Part shown: piece by piece, positions 1 to 10,580 of the stretch
Layout: each line of letters starts with the position of its first letter
Position numbering within the stretch: the first letter of the stretch is position 1
Source: Catajapyx aquilonaris
Lineage: Eukaryota
Assembly (NCBI GenBank): GCA_000934665.2
Contig: KZ538423.1
Span: forward strand, 51,873 to 71,872
Length of the DNA stretch: 20,000 nt
Reading direction: 5' to 3'
Program-made: the position numbers and the translations under genes
Notes under the pieces: model-generated
Told to the model about the DNA's origin: nothing
The model's input: the letters and a program-made list of their open reading frames with translations, nothing else
The model's database searches: none

Positions 1-340
1 CATAGTGTGTCATTAATTTGCGAAATTGATTTATTTATACTTATTAGCCACTTATTTTCTGCATCAAGTCGTCATATTTTCTGGATATATATCCATATTA
101 CATCCCGCTATGTATCGATACATATCGATATTCTAGCTGTACTCGCTTCTGCAGTACATATAGTAAAATGGGAACATATCGATATTCATGGCATCATGGG
201 TGACAGCATGGGCCGTGATTGTCTTTATTTTATTTCATTTCATTTTTAATGTTAGGCGTAATTAAATATTTACTTAGTTTATGAAAATCATCATCTTATG
301 AAATTTATTTATTTTATGAAAATAATTTATTATTTAATAA

Positions 341-716
341 AATTAATGTATTAATTTATGAAATTAATGTATTACTTTATGAAATTAATGTATTGCTTTA
401 TGAAATTAATGTAAATTACTTTATGAAATTAATGTATTACTTTATGAAATTAATGTATTAATTTATGAAATTAATGTATTAATTTATGAAATTAATGTAT
501 TACTTTATGAAATTAATGTATTACTTTATGAAATTAATGTATTACTTTATGAAATTAATGTATTACTTTATGAAATTAATGTAAATTACTTTATGAAATT
601 AATGTGTTGCTTTATGAAATTAATGTAAATTACTTTATGAAATTAATGTATTACTTTATGAAATTAATGTATTAATTTATGAAATTAATGTATTAATTTA
701 TGAAATTAATGTATTA
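341..716. repeat. AT-rich minisatellite, ~21-bp unit TTATGAAATTAATGTATTACT, roughly 17 copies
   Basis: Direct tandem repetition with variants (TATTAAT, TATTGCT, TAAATTACT). Confidence 0.95.
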
Positions 717-2832
717 TTTAATAAAATTATTTTATAATTTTATGACATTCATATATTTTTAAGAAATTCTTTATTTGCTTACTAGGTTTTCCGTTACGGT
801 TTTCCGGGATGTATCGATATTCTATCCTGCGATATCGATTCTATCCTGCGATATCGATATTCATGGGTGACAATCACCGTGATTGGCTTTTCCCCACTAT
901 TCCGGAGCAGACACCTTTTATATGCATTGATCAAGTTCATATTATTTGTTTATTGCGTATTTAGTGCTCTTGGTACTATAGTTATTTGATTTTATTTCAC
1001 CCCCAGTGCTACATCCTGAATCGGGCTAGAATTCCAGGAGGAAAGGGAGGATTCCCTCAAGTGTTGAAAACATAGAGGCGCGATACACAATCCTCTTAAG
1101 AATGCTCGCAAGTGCGCCAACATTCGGCTGCTGTGCTAGTCGTCTAGGCTGTAATAAAACTGAGTGAAGGTTTAATTGCTGGGCAGAATTTAATTGCGCC
1201 AAGTTGTCGGGGCCGGCTAGACTTTGAAGACTTGAGCTTTTCCCTTCTCAGCAGCACGGCATGGGGGAAAAGGGGGCTGCATCATTAACGAATGCCTCAA
1301 AGATTCCTTTTTCTCAGGCAGAAATAAGTGTCGCCAACTAACGTTCCTTGCCGCTGCTTCAAGGCTCGGAAACGGAAAACCGCCTGGCTTGCCTTCAAGT
1401 TTATGCATTGCAAACTGTCGTTGCAAATGTCATGATTACAAGTTTGAAGCGATTTCATTTCAAATCAACGAAAACTATTGTGTCAAACTATTTAGGTAAT
1501 TGGTAAGCTTGTGTTGAACTGTAGAACGAATTATTTTTGAAGTTACTGTACTAAATGTCCAATTGTATTTTTTATGAACTTATTACTGTTTTGGAGCATT
1601 ACAGTGCTTTTTTTGGAGTAATTTAACCTCTCTGACCGTAATTCCTAGCATTCCAGCAGCTAACCCTTCTTCCTAGGTAATTAGGTCCGCCTCAGAAAAA
1701 TTGGTTTTCCCGCTCTGCCGAGCAATGTCACGCGGTTTACCTTGAGCACGGCCAGGAAAGTGCTGGGATCGGACTTAGAAAAACAGGCACAATCTCTTCC
1801 TGAAAAAACCAGGCCTAAAATATGTGCTTTTTCTACTAATTTACTTTGCTACTCTAACACAGCAGAAAATATTTAGCTTCAGTTGATATCCTAGAATAAT
1901 CTAAAGTCTAGTTAACCGAAATGGGATCTGATGGTTAATCGTACATAACATGAAAAGTGATAAGCCTCATTTAATCTGGCGGTACATTTCGTGGGGTAAC
2001 CAAAGAAACCACTTTCATGTGAGTCTATGCAGACGTGTCTTAGGCAAGTACCGGTCCGCCTTGTTTTACAGGGCCGACGTGGGATTCCGAGCGTGAAACA
2101 AGTTTTATAGGTCCATTCTTCCCCCATCTCGACCGCCCCCCCCCCCCAACTCTTGATTTTCTCTAGCTATTCCTATGCAGGGTGAGTCACCAGTAGGTCC
2201 TAAATGTAAAATGTTGCCGTGTGTGTCTAGGGTCATCATGTTTCCCGCCATCTCATTACTGGTTCGTTTTTAGACATCGCATCTACATTTTCGAATAGTT
2301 TTGGTCCTACCTATTGAAGTTCTGCCTCACCCTGTCAGTAGCTAAGCTAGACCGAGCGGGGCTGGCGAGCGACCGACAGTGTCTGTGTCGTGGCGGGCGC
2401 CAAAGCGACCAGATCGGCCATTGGGCATGCCAATTCATTTACGGGTCCACCTCACCTCACGTATACCGCTTTATGGCGGTTGGCCAGAATCCCCATCACC
2501 CCCTACCACCCCGAACTCGGACCCCTGCAAATTCCACTGCCCCCTCTCTACTCTAGGCAAGGACCAAATTCAGGGCTGTAAATCCGGGCCTTGCACTGTA
2601 TCCTGTGTTGCGTGCGTTATCCGGTAGTCGGTTTTTGTTGCTGGCTATTCGAAGGAATAGCGTGGGCGTTTGCCAATCGATTGCAGTGTGTGGATCACAC
2701 AGAGTACCTAGGTGTTATTTTGCATTGGACAAGTTGATGAGTGCTTTTCAAAAAATGTTTGTGCCTGCCTGTACTGTTAAGTTACAGATAAGTTAAGTAC
2801 AAACAGAAAAATGTTGATACCTGTCTGTACCG

Positions 2833-3144
2833 TACATTAAGTTACAGATAAGTTAGTTAGGTTAGGTTAGGTTAGGTTAGGCTAGGTTAGTCGGTTAAAG
2901 GAGAATATGTACATTAGTTACAGATAGGTTAGGTTAGGTTAGGTTAGTCGGTTACAGGAGAATATGTACATTAGTTACAGATAAGTTAGGTTAGGTTAGG
3001 TTAGTCGGTTAAAGGAGAATATGTACATTAGTTACAGATAAGTTAGGTTAGGTTAGGTTAGGTTAGTCGGTTAAGGGAGTATCTGTACATGAAGTTACAG
3101 ATAAGTTAGTTAGGTTAGGTTAGGTAAGTCGGTTAAAGGAGTAT
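2833..3144 (+). repeat. Composite tandem repeat, 5 copies of ~57-75 bp, each containing a (TTAGG)n telomere-like tract
   Basis: Unit ACATTAGTTACAGATAAG-(TTAGG)n-TTAGTCGGTTAAAGGAGAATATGT; n varies between copies. Confidence 0.9.
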
Positions 3145-3365
3145 TTTACCAGACCAGGAAATTAGCCTCCAGCCACAGAGGTGCTGCCTAGGGGAGTGCG
3201 AGTTATTGAGGTGGAGGCAGCACCTCTGTTGGAGGCTAATTTCAAGGCATGATCTGGTAAGATACTCATTTTACCATCTGTACTTCACTTATCTATAACT
3301 TAACTGGAGAGGCAGGTATATAACCATTTTTCTTAAAGAGAACTCCCAGCCTAACCTATTCTTTA

Positions 3366-3727
3366 GGGGCCGTCCATAATCCGCGCGGACAGATTTTGTC
3401 ACTTTTTTACCTCCCCCCCTCCCCTTTGCGGACAGAAGCGGACAATTTCTTACCTCCCCCCCTAAAAATTGCGCGGACATGGCCTCCTTGACCCCCCCCC
3501 CCCGGCCCCGCTTCGCCACACTGAAAGTGTTATTTTCAATATATTGGTATTTTTTATTTTTTGATATCTACACACAAATTCCTTTTTTCAGAGGCATTAC
3601 GGTATATTTGAGAGGTCTGACTAAAAAACGGNCTGACTTCTACCCCCACCCCCCTGTACGGACAAAAGCGGACAATGTGTAACCCCCCTCCCCCCTTCAC
3701 TTGTCCGCGCGGATTATGGACGGCCCC
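3366..3727. mobile_element. PIF/Harbinger-type (Tourist-like) MITE, 362 bp
   Basis: Perfect 26-bp TIR GGGGCCGTCCATAATCCGCGCGGACA (3366-3391 / 3702-3727). TTA TSD at 3363-3365 and 3728-3730. Internal GCGGACA subrepeats. Confidence 0.9.
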
Positions 3728-5174
3728 TTATGAACAGGATCTAATTTTTTAAATGTACATATTATACCTGCCTATACAGTTAATAAGTTACCAGTTAAGC
3801 AGTCGCGTAGGCAGAAATATATTTCGGATTGGGGCCCATTTCATAAGCACTAGGACTAGGTGAACAAGGCGTAAAGGGCGGGTAGCAAGCCCGCAGCAGG
3901 CGGAATTTTTGTGGAGTTTCAAGGTCACAATAGCTTAGGTGAATGTGGGAGATTTGAATGGGTGTGTATTAGTTGAAATTGGTAGCACTTTTTCCCCAAA
4001 AATTACGAATTAGTAATTTCTAATGCTATTTCAAACATTTCGGGGCGGGGGGGACTGCCTACGTCACTGAGTTAAGTACAGGCAGGTACAAACATCTGTC
4101 TTTTTTTAAAAAAAAAACTCCATCCTAACCCATGCTTTATGAATATGACCAAAATGGAAACATACTATGTCCTTGCATCCTGCTTGAACCAAGAGATCTA
4201 GAGGGACGCATTTATAGGCCTTGCTACATCCCAAAGTTGGCTAACCAAAAGCACGCGTACAATAACGCACAGGGCTCCAAGAATATTGTGGCGAGCGAGC
4301 TGCATCACTTCAAAATTAATCATTTCCGAGAGATTGCGCTGGCCTCAGACAAAGAGAAGAGCCCAGACCTAAAACGATGAGGCAAAGCCTGCTGGGATAA
4401 TATCAAAAAAAAAAACCTATACCAAAAAAATGAAGGGGGGGGGGGGGGGGGGGANTTCGTTCCACTCGTTTCATGCCAACACCTCCTCACCTATTTTCCT
4501 CGCCTTTCGATGACTATAGTAAACCTAATTCCCCATGCTTACGCCTATGCCGTCGGGATTTCAAAAAAAAAAAATGGAGGGGAGCAATTTTTTTCTAATT
4601 TTCTCACAGTTTTATAACGTTCATTTACTCTGGAAGTGTCTGAAGCTGGCCAATTTATTCATTACAGGAGTTGGTGTTAAGCTGTGGTTGGATATTGGGT
4701 ACAGGTTTTTGGATGTTGCTTTAGATGAAATATTTATTTTTAATGTAACAATAGCGGCTATACTATGCATTACTAGTAATTAGGGAAGAAAACGTTTAAA
4801 TGCAAAAAAGTACTTAAAATAAAATTGTCAGACATTTTTGTAAGTAATTTCACTTTTCTGATAACTACTCGGTAAAATTTGATTTTTGATGCTCCAGTCA
4901 TGTGGCAGCACTAATTTTCTACATGCTAATCACAGGTGGGTGAGATAAATGAATTATCACCGTGCGGGGTTTTTATTTTTGGTGTTATACTCGCTTTTCC
5001 ATGCATGACTAATTCAAAACCATTAATTTTGTTGACCTTGTTGAAATAAAGGTAGTAACGTAATTACTGAATGTAACAGCATTTGAAACCCCGAATAATA
5101 TTTTTTTACAAAACTAATTAAGTAATCACGTTAGTATTTTACAGCCAGGGAAGCTTTGACAGGTAATTTTAATG

Positions 5175-5251
5175 CCCCTGTGGGGGGTGGAACCATGGCT
5201 CTCACACCTCCAGGGTTTTGTGTTCGAATCCCGGAGAGGGTCGGAATTTTT
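5175..5251 (+). repeat. Possible degenerate tRNA-derived (Pol III) head fragment
   Basis: B-box GTTCGAATCC at 5222-5231 followed by a T5 run. A-box is poor and there is no cloverleaf. Confidence 0.25.
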
Positions 5252-6608
5252 GTGGCTCTTTATCGTCACACGTTGTTTTGCGAATTTAGCATCAGAGAGG
5301 GGGAAGCTCCAAAAAGCTTTCAACTCAGAGGGTCCAAAATATATTTAAAATTGTGGCATAAAGCATCTTTATATACCTCACTATTTTTCCGGGACAGTTC
5401 ACATTAGACTCTCACATTATGTGCAGTTAATTTTGTTTGTTCATCAAGTTATGGCACAAACTGACTCAGTAAGCAGAAGCAATGCAGTGAAACCTCGACA
5501 TAGCCTATTGGCACAGCTAAACTTTTTTTTGAACAAAATTTGCGGAACAGCTATATTAAAAATCGCTGCATGTTGACATGACTGTTATGTCCTTAAGCGA
5601 TTGTTTTAATTATAGTACAAAAATTTCTGGAAAATGTGTCTACAATATACCCATACATTTTCATAAACAATCATGTCTTAGCCTATTAGTAGGCTACTTA
5701 GATATTTTCATACTTAAAAAAATTCGGTTATGACATTCTCCCCCATCTTATGCAACAAAAAGTCTTCCCATGCAAAATAAGGCCACTTTGTTTTCTCCCG
5801 CATAAATCAAAGTGGGCCCTATTTGTTGAAGCTATTCTAGATCAATCCTACGCACCATAAGCTGCAAAGGCTTGTGGGCTGAAAGTAAATTGAGAAAGGA
5901 GCAGTAGCGCGCGTCGCCTTGACGTAGTAAAAATGGACCAATTTCTCACACGTGCGCAGGAGAAAAAGAGCACGTTGGGACAAATGGGGCGGGTTCCCAT
6001 CCATCCAGGAGGTCCCTAATTTCCTGGCTTGATGGGGGAAGCAGTAGGGACCACCCTAAAAACCCATCGTTTTAAAGGTACCTGATGCGACACCCTGTAC
6101 AGGCTCAGAGATGTATTGTTTTTTATTTCGGCCATTATCAAAGATGGTGGCATGCATAAAGGGGAGCAGGGTTAGGGTCTGGAGGGAGAAGTCATTGGGA
6201 CTCGAACCAAGTACCCATCAACTCCCCTTTTTTTACGATTCCTAATCCCTGGCATAGCCTCATAAACTTCTGGTCAGAGTAAAAGGAATGGATTTGACCA
6301 CGACTGAACAGCCCTTTAATGCTTCTGGTGTCGTCTGAGAGCCTTTTCTAACCAAAGGACCCCGCCTGGAAAAATATTTCAGATCTCATGAGACATGTAG
6401 TTTTGCTGTGTTGACTAAATTGCAGACAAAAATCAATGACTACCCATGGTTTTTTTTCCTATAGTGACCCTCAAGTGACCTAAGGGAGTAAACAAAGGAC
6501 CGGAAGTTTGGCCGATTTGCTGGACGTCACCGGTCCCAACATTCTGAAAAATTCAGTCCACTCAGGCGTGGGGATTGTGCAGGGTTTTATAAATGCAGGT
6601 CCTATTAA

Positions 6609-7025
6609 AGGAACACTCCACTCAAAAAACAAGTTTGGATCTAAAAATCGGTCAAAAAATCCTGAATCCGAAGGTGCAATCTGTTTTTCGCTACGCGGAA
6701 CGGTAATCCCAGGGCGAGGGGTCAAAGTGGGGAAATTCAAATAGTGCGCTAGAAGCTGGCCGTCCGTCAGCGACGCCCTCGGGACCTTGGGAACTGGAGG
6801 GCTGCTCCCGCCTGCCCGCGCGCTTAGCTAGGCCCATCTCAGAGCGTGCAGCCCTCCAGTTCCCCTGTTCCCCGCGTGGCGGCGCCGCTCATTAGCAGAC
6901 GACACACTTTGACACCTCGCCCTGGGATTACCGTTCCGCGTAGCGAAAAACGAATTGCACCGTCGGATTCAGGATTTTTTGCCCGATTTTTACAGCCAAA
7001 CTTGTTTTTTTAGTGGAGTGTCCCT
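6609..7025. mobile_element. TTAA-targeting MITE with long TIRs (Kolobok-like), 417 bp
   Basis: ~120-bp imperfect TIRs (AGGAACACTCCACT...GTCAAAGTG / CACTTTGAC...AGTGGAGTGTCCCT). TTAA on both sides (6605-6608, 7026-7029). Termini are AGG..CCT rather than piggyBac CCY. A second inverted pair lies inside (GGGAACTGGAGGGCTGC / GCAGCCCTCCAGTTCCC). Confidence 0.85.
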
Positions 7026-7077
7026 TTAACCTAAGCCTTGAAAGGTTAAAAAATATACAGATTTTTACACGATAAAG

Positions 7078-7503
7078 TCACTAACATATATAAAGCAGAA
7101 AGTTTGTTGGTATGTATGTCATAACTACCTAACCCACTTTCCGACTACTGAGAGTACGGTACTGAAACTTGGCACACCGATGGCATATTGACCAACCCCA
7201 AGTGGTGCCCGCAACCGGCCCTAACCTAACCTTCCTTCCTTGCGGATGCAGCCCAATCTTCAGCGGATACAGCCCTAGCTTCAGCGGACACAAAAACCTA
7301 TGAATAGGTGGGCCGGTTGCGGGGACCACTTGGGGGTTTGGCTATATGCACACCGATGTCTTATGTACCGCTGATCCCAGAAAAAGTCCGAAAGCTGCAT
7401 TTTTTTGGAGCCTAAATACCTCCAAATTTATGATTTTTTAATTATTTTTGGTTGCGGCAATTACGGCACAGATGGCGCTCCTATGGCTCTGTCAGTGTAC
7501 TAG
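7078..7503 (+). mobile_element. Non-autonomous Helitron-like element, interrupted by a MITE
   Basis: 5' end TCACTAACATATATAAAGCAGAAAGTTTGTTGGTATGTATGTC resembles arthropod non-autonomous Helitron heads. 3' end is CTAG (7500-7503) followed by T. A related copy lies at 10581-10775. The 3' hairpin is weak. Confidence 0.65.
7183..7349. mobile_element. Mutator-like MITE, 167 bp, 9-bp TSD, nested in the Helitron
   Basis: ~39-bp imperfect TIRs GCATATTGACCAACCCCAAGTGGTGCCCGCAACCGGCCC / GGGCCGGTTGCGGGGACCACTTGGGGGTTTGGCTATATGC. TSD ACACCGATG at 7174-7182 and 7350-7358. The empty site is visible in the paralogous copy near 10655. Confidence 0.85.
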
Positions 7504-7543
7504 TTTATTATAAAACAAAATAAATAAATGCAAATTATATTGA

Positions 7544-7887
7544 TTTTTTTTGTACGCCGCGCGCCGTGATGACCCTTACGGGTTCTATAGGGGGGTGGTA
7601 CACCACCATTTTTCTACCAATTTTCTGATTTTATCTTCACTCCGGTGCAGGGAAACAAGGACATTGAGTAAGGATAGGGATTTTTGGGGAGGGGACGTGG
7701 GTGCAAGTGCATTGTCTGAAAAGTGGTCATGTGCTGTTCCCCATGAGGTTAGGTTGCCAGACACCTCCTCGGTGCAGGTCAGAGACCCCCCTGACGCAGG
7801 TGAAAGGGAACTCCCAGGCGGGGATCGAACTTGGGACCTTTCAGTCAGCAATCCGAGACGTTACCATCTCGGCCACCACACCTCCCC
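7544..7887 (-). mobile_element. tRNA-derived SINE, ~345 bp
   Basis: On the minus strand: A-box TGGCCGAGATGG (7875-7864) and B-box GTTCGATCC (7830-7822) at tRNA-like spacing, then a ~270-bp body and an A8 tail (T run 7544-7551). No clear TSD. Confidence 0.75.
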
Positions 7888-8998
7888 TGAAATTTTCTAT
7901 TACGTAGCCTACACTGTACGATTCACAACGATTTTTTTTTTTAAATGAGTTATTACTTCCATGGATTTTTATCATATTAGATTCCTGTCTACCCAATGAT
8001 GCATACCATTGAATGACTATGAGGTTTTGTAAGTACCTGTCCACGGTTTTTCCTCCAAGTCGTGCAGACCTACAGTGGTTTTGTCTTTCCTGTGTGTCAA
8101 TTGACACCTGGCTCTTAATAAGCTTAGGAATTTTCCCCGTCGAAAAAACAAGTGGCATCCGTTGGGGTGAGGCCATGATATGTCGGGTGACCCAGGCCCG
8201 GGCTTTTTGGTGGACTTTTGGGCGGCAGACGGGGCTTCCCCCAAGCGGCCAGCCAGAGTTGGGACATTGGCTTGTGTGGTTGGCCACTCATCAGGGAGAC
8301 CTGCCCAACAGTTCCACCGCTACTGGGCTTTGCACGTTTACCCCCCTCCCCCTCACTCACATCCCCCCCTCCCAACTTCCACCCACACACCCACACACCC
8401 ACACACCCAAGGTTGTCTCTCTTTTACACACACACTCACACATGCCCACAGAGCCTGCCTGCCTGCCCATTAATCGATTACCGCAGCATGTGACTGGGGT
8501 GTGAAAGTCCCCCTACTGATGCCCAATGGCGTTTACTACGCTGGGCCTCATTTTCAATCACTACCGACTAGTACTTACCGCCATGATACGTTACTTTCAC
8601 ACCCTACCCAATTGTCATGATCAAGACCTTTATTGGGATGTGTCAAAAGGGCATCAGGTTGGACAAGCTGACTTCAGTATGTTCACCACTACAAATATGG
8701 GAAGGACTTTCGTAATGGGGGGCAAATGTGGCAGAGGTACGCTGAATACCCCGTGACCTAACCTTCATTACGGGCGGATACTCTTATCCTTCAGCGGATA
8801 CACCCCTATCCTTTACCCCCCGATGTACTCGTACCTCCACCTTGTCGTGGTTTCTCCCGTGGCGATAGCTACTGGCAGGGTCACCCACTTGGGATACTTT
8901 TTTCTATCCTCTTCGTCGTTTCTGTCTCCATCTGTGCCACATTTAGTCTTCTACAGCCAGATAGCCATGTAGTTGCTTTGGCTCCTTCCTAATAAACC

Positions 8999-9184
8999 CA
9001 AAGGGTTAGCAACTCCCCAAAAATGTGTACACCAGATCCTGGAACCGGGAGGTTCCACCCGGTTCCATGCTGGTGTAACGGGCGAAACGTACCCCGGGCG
9101 AAAGGTACCACCCGGTTCCAAGCCGGTTCCACCTGGTCCCTTGGCCAGTGTGTACACCGGTTCCTGGGAGTTGCTAACCCCTTG
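8999..9184. mobile_element. hAT-type MITE, 186 bp
   Basis: 19-bp TIR CAA(A/G)GGGTTAGCAACTCCC with 1 mismatch. Perfect 8-bp TSD AATAAACC (8991-8998, 9185-9192). Internal CCGGTTCC subrepeats in both orientations. Confidence 0.88.
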
Positions 9185-10314
9185 AATAAACCTAACCTAA
9201 CCAACCTATCATTCAGCGGATACACGCCATCCCTTAGCGGACACAGGCCATCCTTCAGCAGATACACGCCTAGGAAAGTAGGCAAAAGTGCGGGGTCTTC
9301 CCGATACGAAATCGTATCCCAATGATTGGTATTCTCGAGAACTTGTGCCTCGGCCGAACTGAAGCTGAGAATGGCAGGTTGCGGGACTTTATCCCTAAAT
9401 GTTTCACCTTTGCCAAGAGACGGTGTTGGGTTCAGGTGTAAAGGGGAGGTGGGTCCCTTTAATTTCCAAATCCCCGCCGCCTTCAGAGGGAGGGGGAAAG
9501 CGTGTTTACTTTTGCAAGAGGGGTGTCTCGACTTAGCTGACGTCCTGCTGACGCGACCATCCCCGCACTAGAATTACCAAGTGCGCTACAAGAAACCGCC
9601 TCCGTCTCGCCCTTTCCGCAGCATGACACCGCCGTAACCGCATCCCCAAAGCCTCCTACTACCCCCTTTGCCTTCTCTAATTGGCCTCGGTATGCACACC
9701 TTTTTACCTCTACTTGCAATAGAAGAGAAGGAGCGGGGGAGAATTGGTTAATAAGATACCATTAGTAAACTTCTGCCTTCCTGAACCTTACTTGCGGCTT
9801 TCTTCGGTTCCGCCCAAAAACTTCCCCTTGCTCTTCCTAGTAGCAAGCACTTTCTTCTCTCTTATTTAAGTCCGGAGAAGCAAAGTTGCCCCAGCCCAAG
9901 AGTTGATATTCTTCCCCTGGCCGCAAAGGAGGAAGACCCCGAGCCTTACTGTCGTTGCTTCATCATTTAAATATGGCCTCTCGCCGCCGATGCCCAAATA
10001 TTCATGCTTTTGCTTCCAAGGCTCTTATTTGCAACTGTTAGCATGGTTGGTGTGTATAGAGGGAAAAGAGGGGTTCGGTACACTGGGTTCTGTTTCAAGA
10101 AATGTCTCTTTCCTTATTGTATATGGAAGTCAGAAAACATTTTTATGCTAAATATAGGCGACTAGCGGTAATTTATTATTAAGATTCAGCTCCAGTCTTA
10201 CATACTGTGATGACCCCGGGGCCGCCCCGGGGCCAACTCCTTGCTAGCTCTAAAAAGAAAACACCTGGATTCCATGGACACTTATTGGACCTTCCAGGTC
10301 ACCACCTTTACGAT

Positions 10315-10476
10315 TACTCGTATAATACCACCTTTACCTCCTTTACCTTTACTCGTATAATACCACCTTTACCTCCTTTACCTTTACTCGTATAATACCA
10401 CCTTTACCTTTACTCGTATAATACCACCTTACCTTTACTCGTATAATACCACCTTTACCTTTACTCATATAATACC
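10315..10476. repeat. Minisatellite, unit TACTCGTATAATACCACCTTTACCTT (25-35 bp), ~5.5 copies
   Basis: Direct tandem repeats; the first two copies carry an extra internal 9-bp duplication. Confidence 0.92.
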
Positions 10477-10580
10477 GACTCCACCATACACTTTCGACTC
10501 TGATTACCAACTGACTCTCCTCTGGCCAAAGCCAGGGAAGCAGTACGCATGCTCCGCCCGCATCACATGACCAGCAGGGG

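Larger units (their letters stand above)
2755..4095. mobile_element. Degenerate foldback/TIR element carrying TTAGG arrays; host of a nested MITE
   Basis: ATGTTTGTGCCTGCCTGTACT (2755-2775) is the reverse complement (1 mismatch) of AGTACAGGCAGGTACAAACAT (4075-4095). Internal inverted segments: GTTAAGTTACAGATAAG vs CTTATCTATAACTTAAC, and a hairpin at 3139-3267. No TSD found. Confidence 0.5.

Noticed and set aside
2833..3144. True telomere or CRISPR-like array
   Set aside because: TTAGG tracts are short and internal, the intervening sequences are constant rather than unique spacers, and the context is eukaryotic with no cas genes.
4435..4454. Poly-G tracts (also ~11567-11582 and the window end) as G-quadruplex elements
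   Set aside because: These are simple homopolymers, some next to N calls, so their lengths are unreliable and there is no evidence of function.
6084..6099. Tc1/mariner-like terminus (reverse complement TACAGGGTGTCGCATC)
   Set aside because: No matching partner TIR was found in the window, so the element cannot be delimited.
6197..6208. Pol III B-box GGTTCGAGTCCC on the minus strand
   Set aside because: Isolated motif without a convincing A-box or tail.
7810..7887. tRNA gene on the minus strand
   Set aside because: A and B boxes are present, but the acceptor stem does not pair and the sequence continues into a body and A tail, so it is better explained as a SINE head.
8013..8504. 163-aa ORF and overlapping ORFs
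   Set aside because: These frames are open because of C-rich and (CA)n low-complexity sequence; there is no recognisable domain.
9326..10151. Possible TE-derived or pseudogene coding region
   Set aside because: Manual translation gave short frames with stops and no recognisable gag, RT or transposase motif. BLASTx would be needed.
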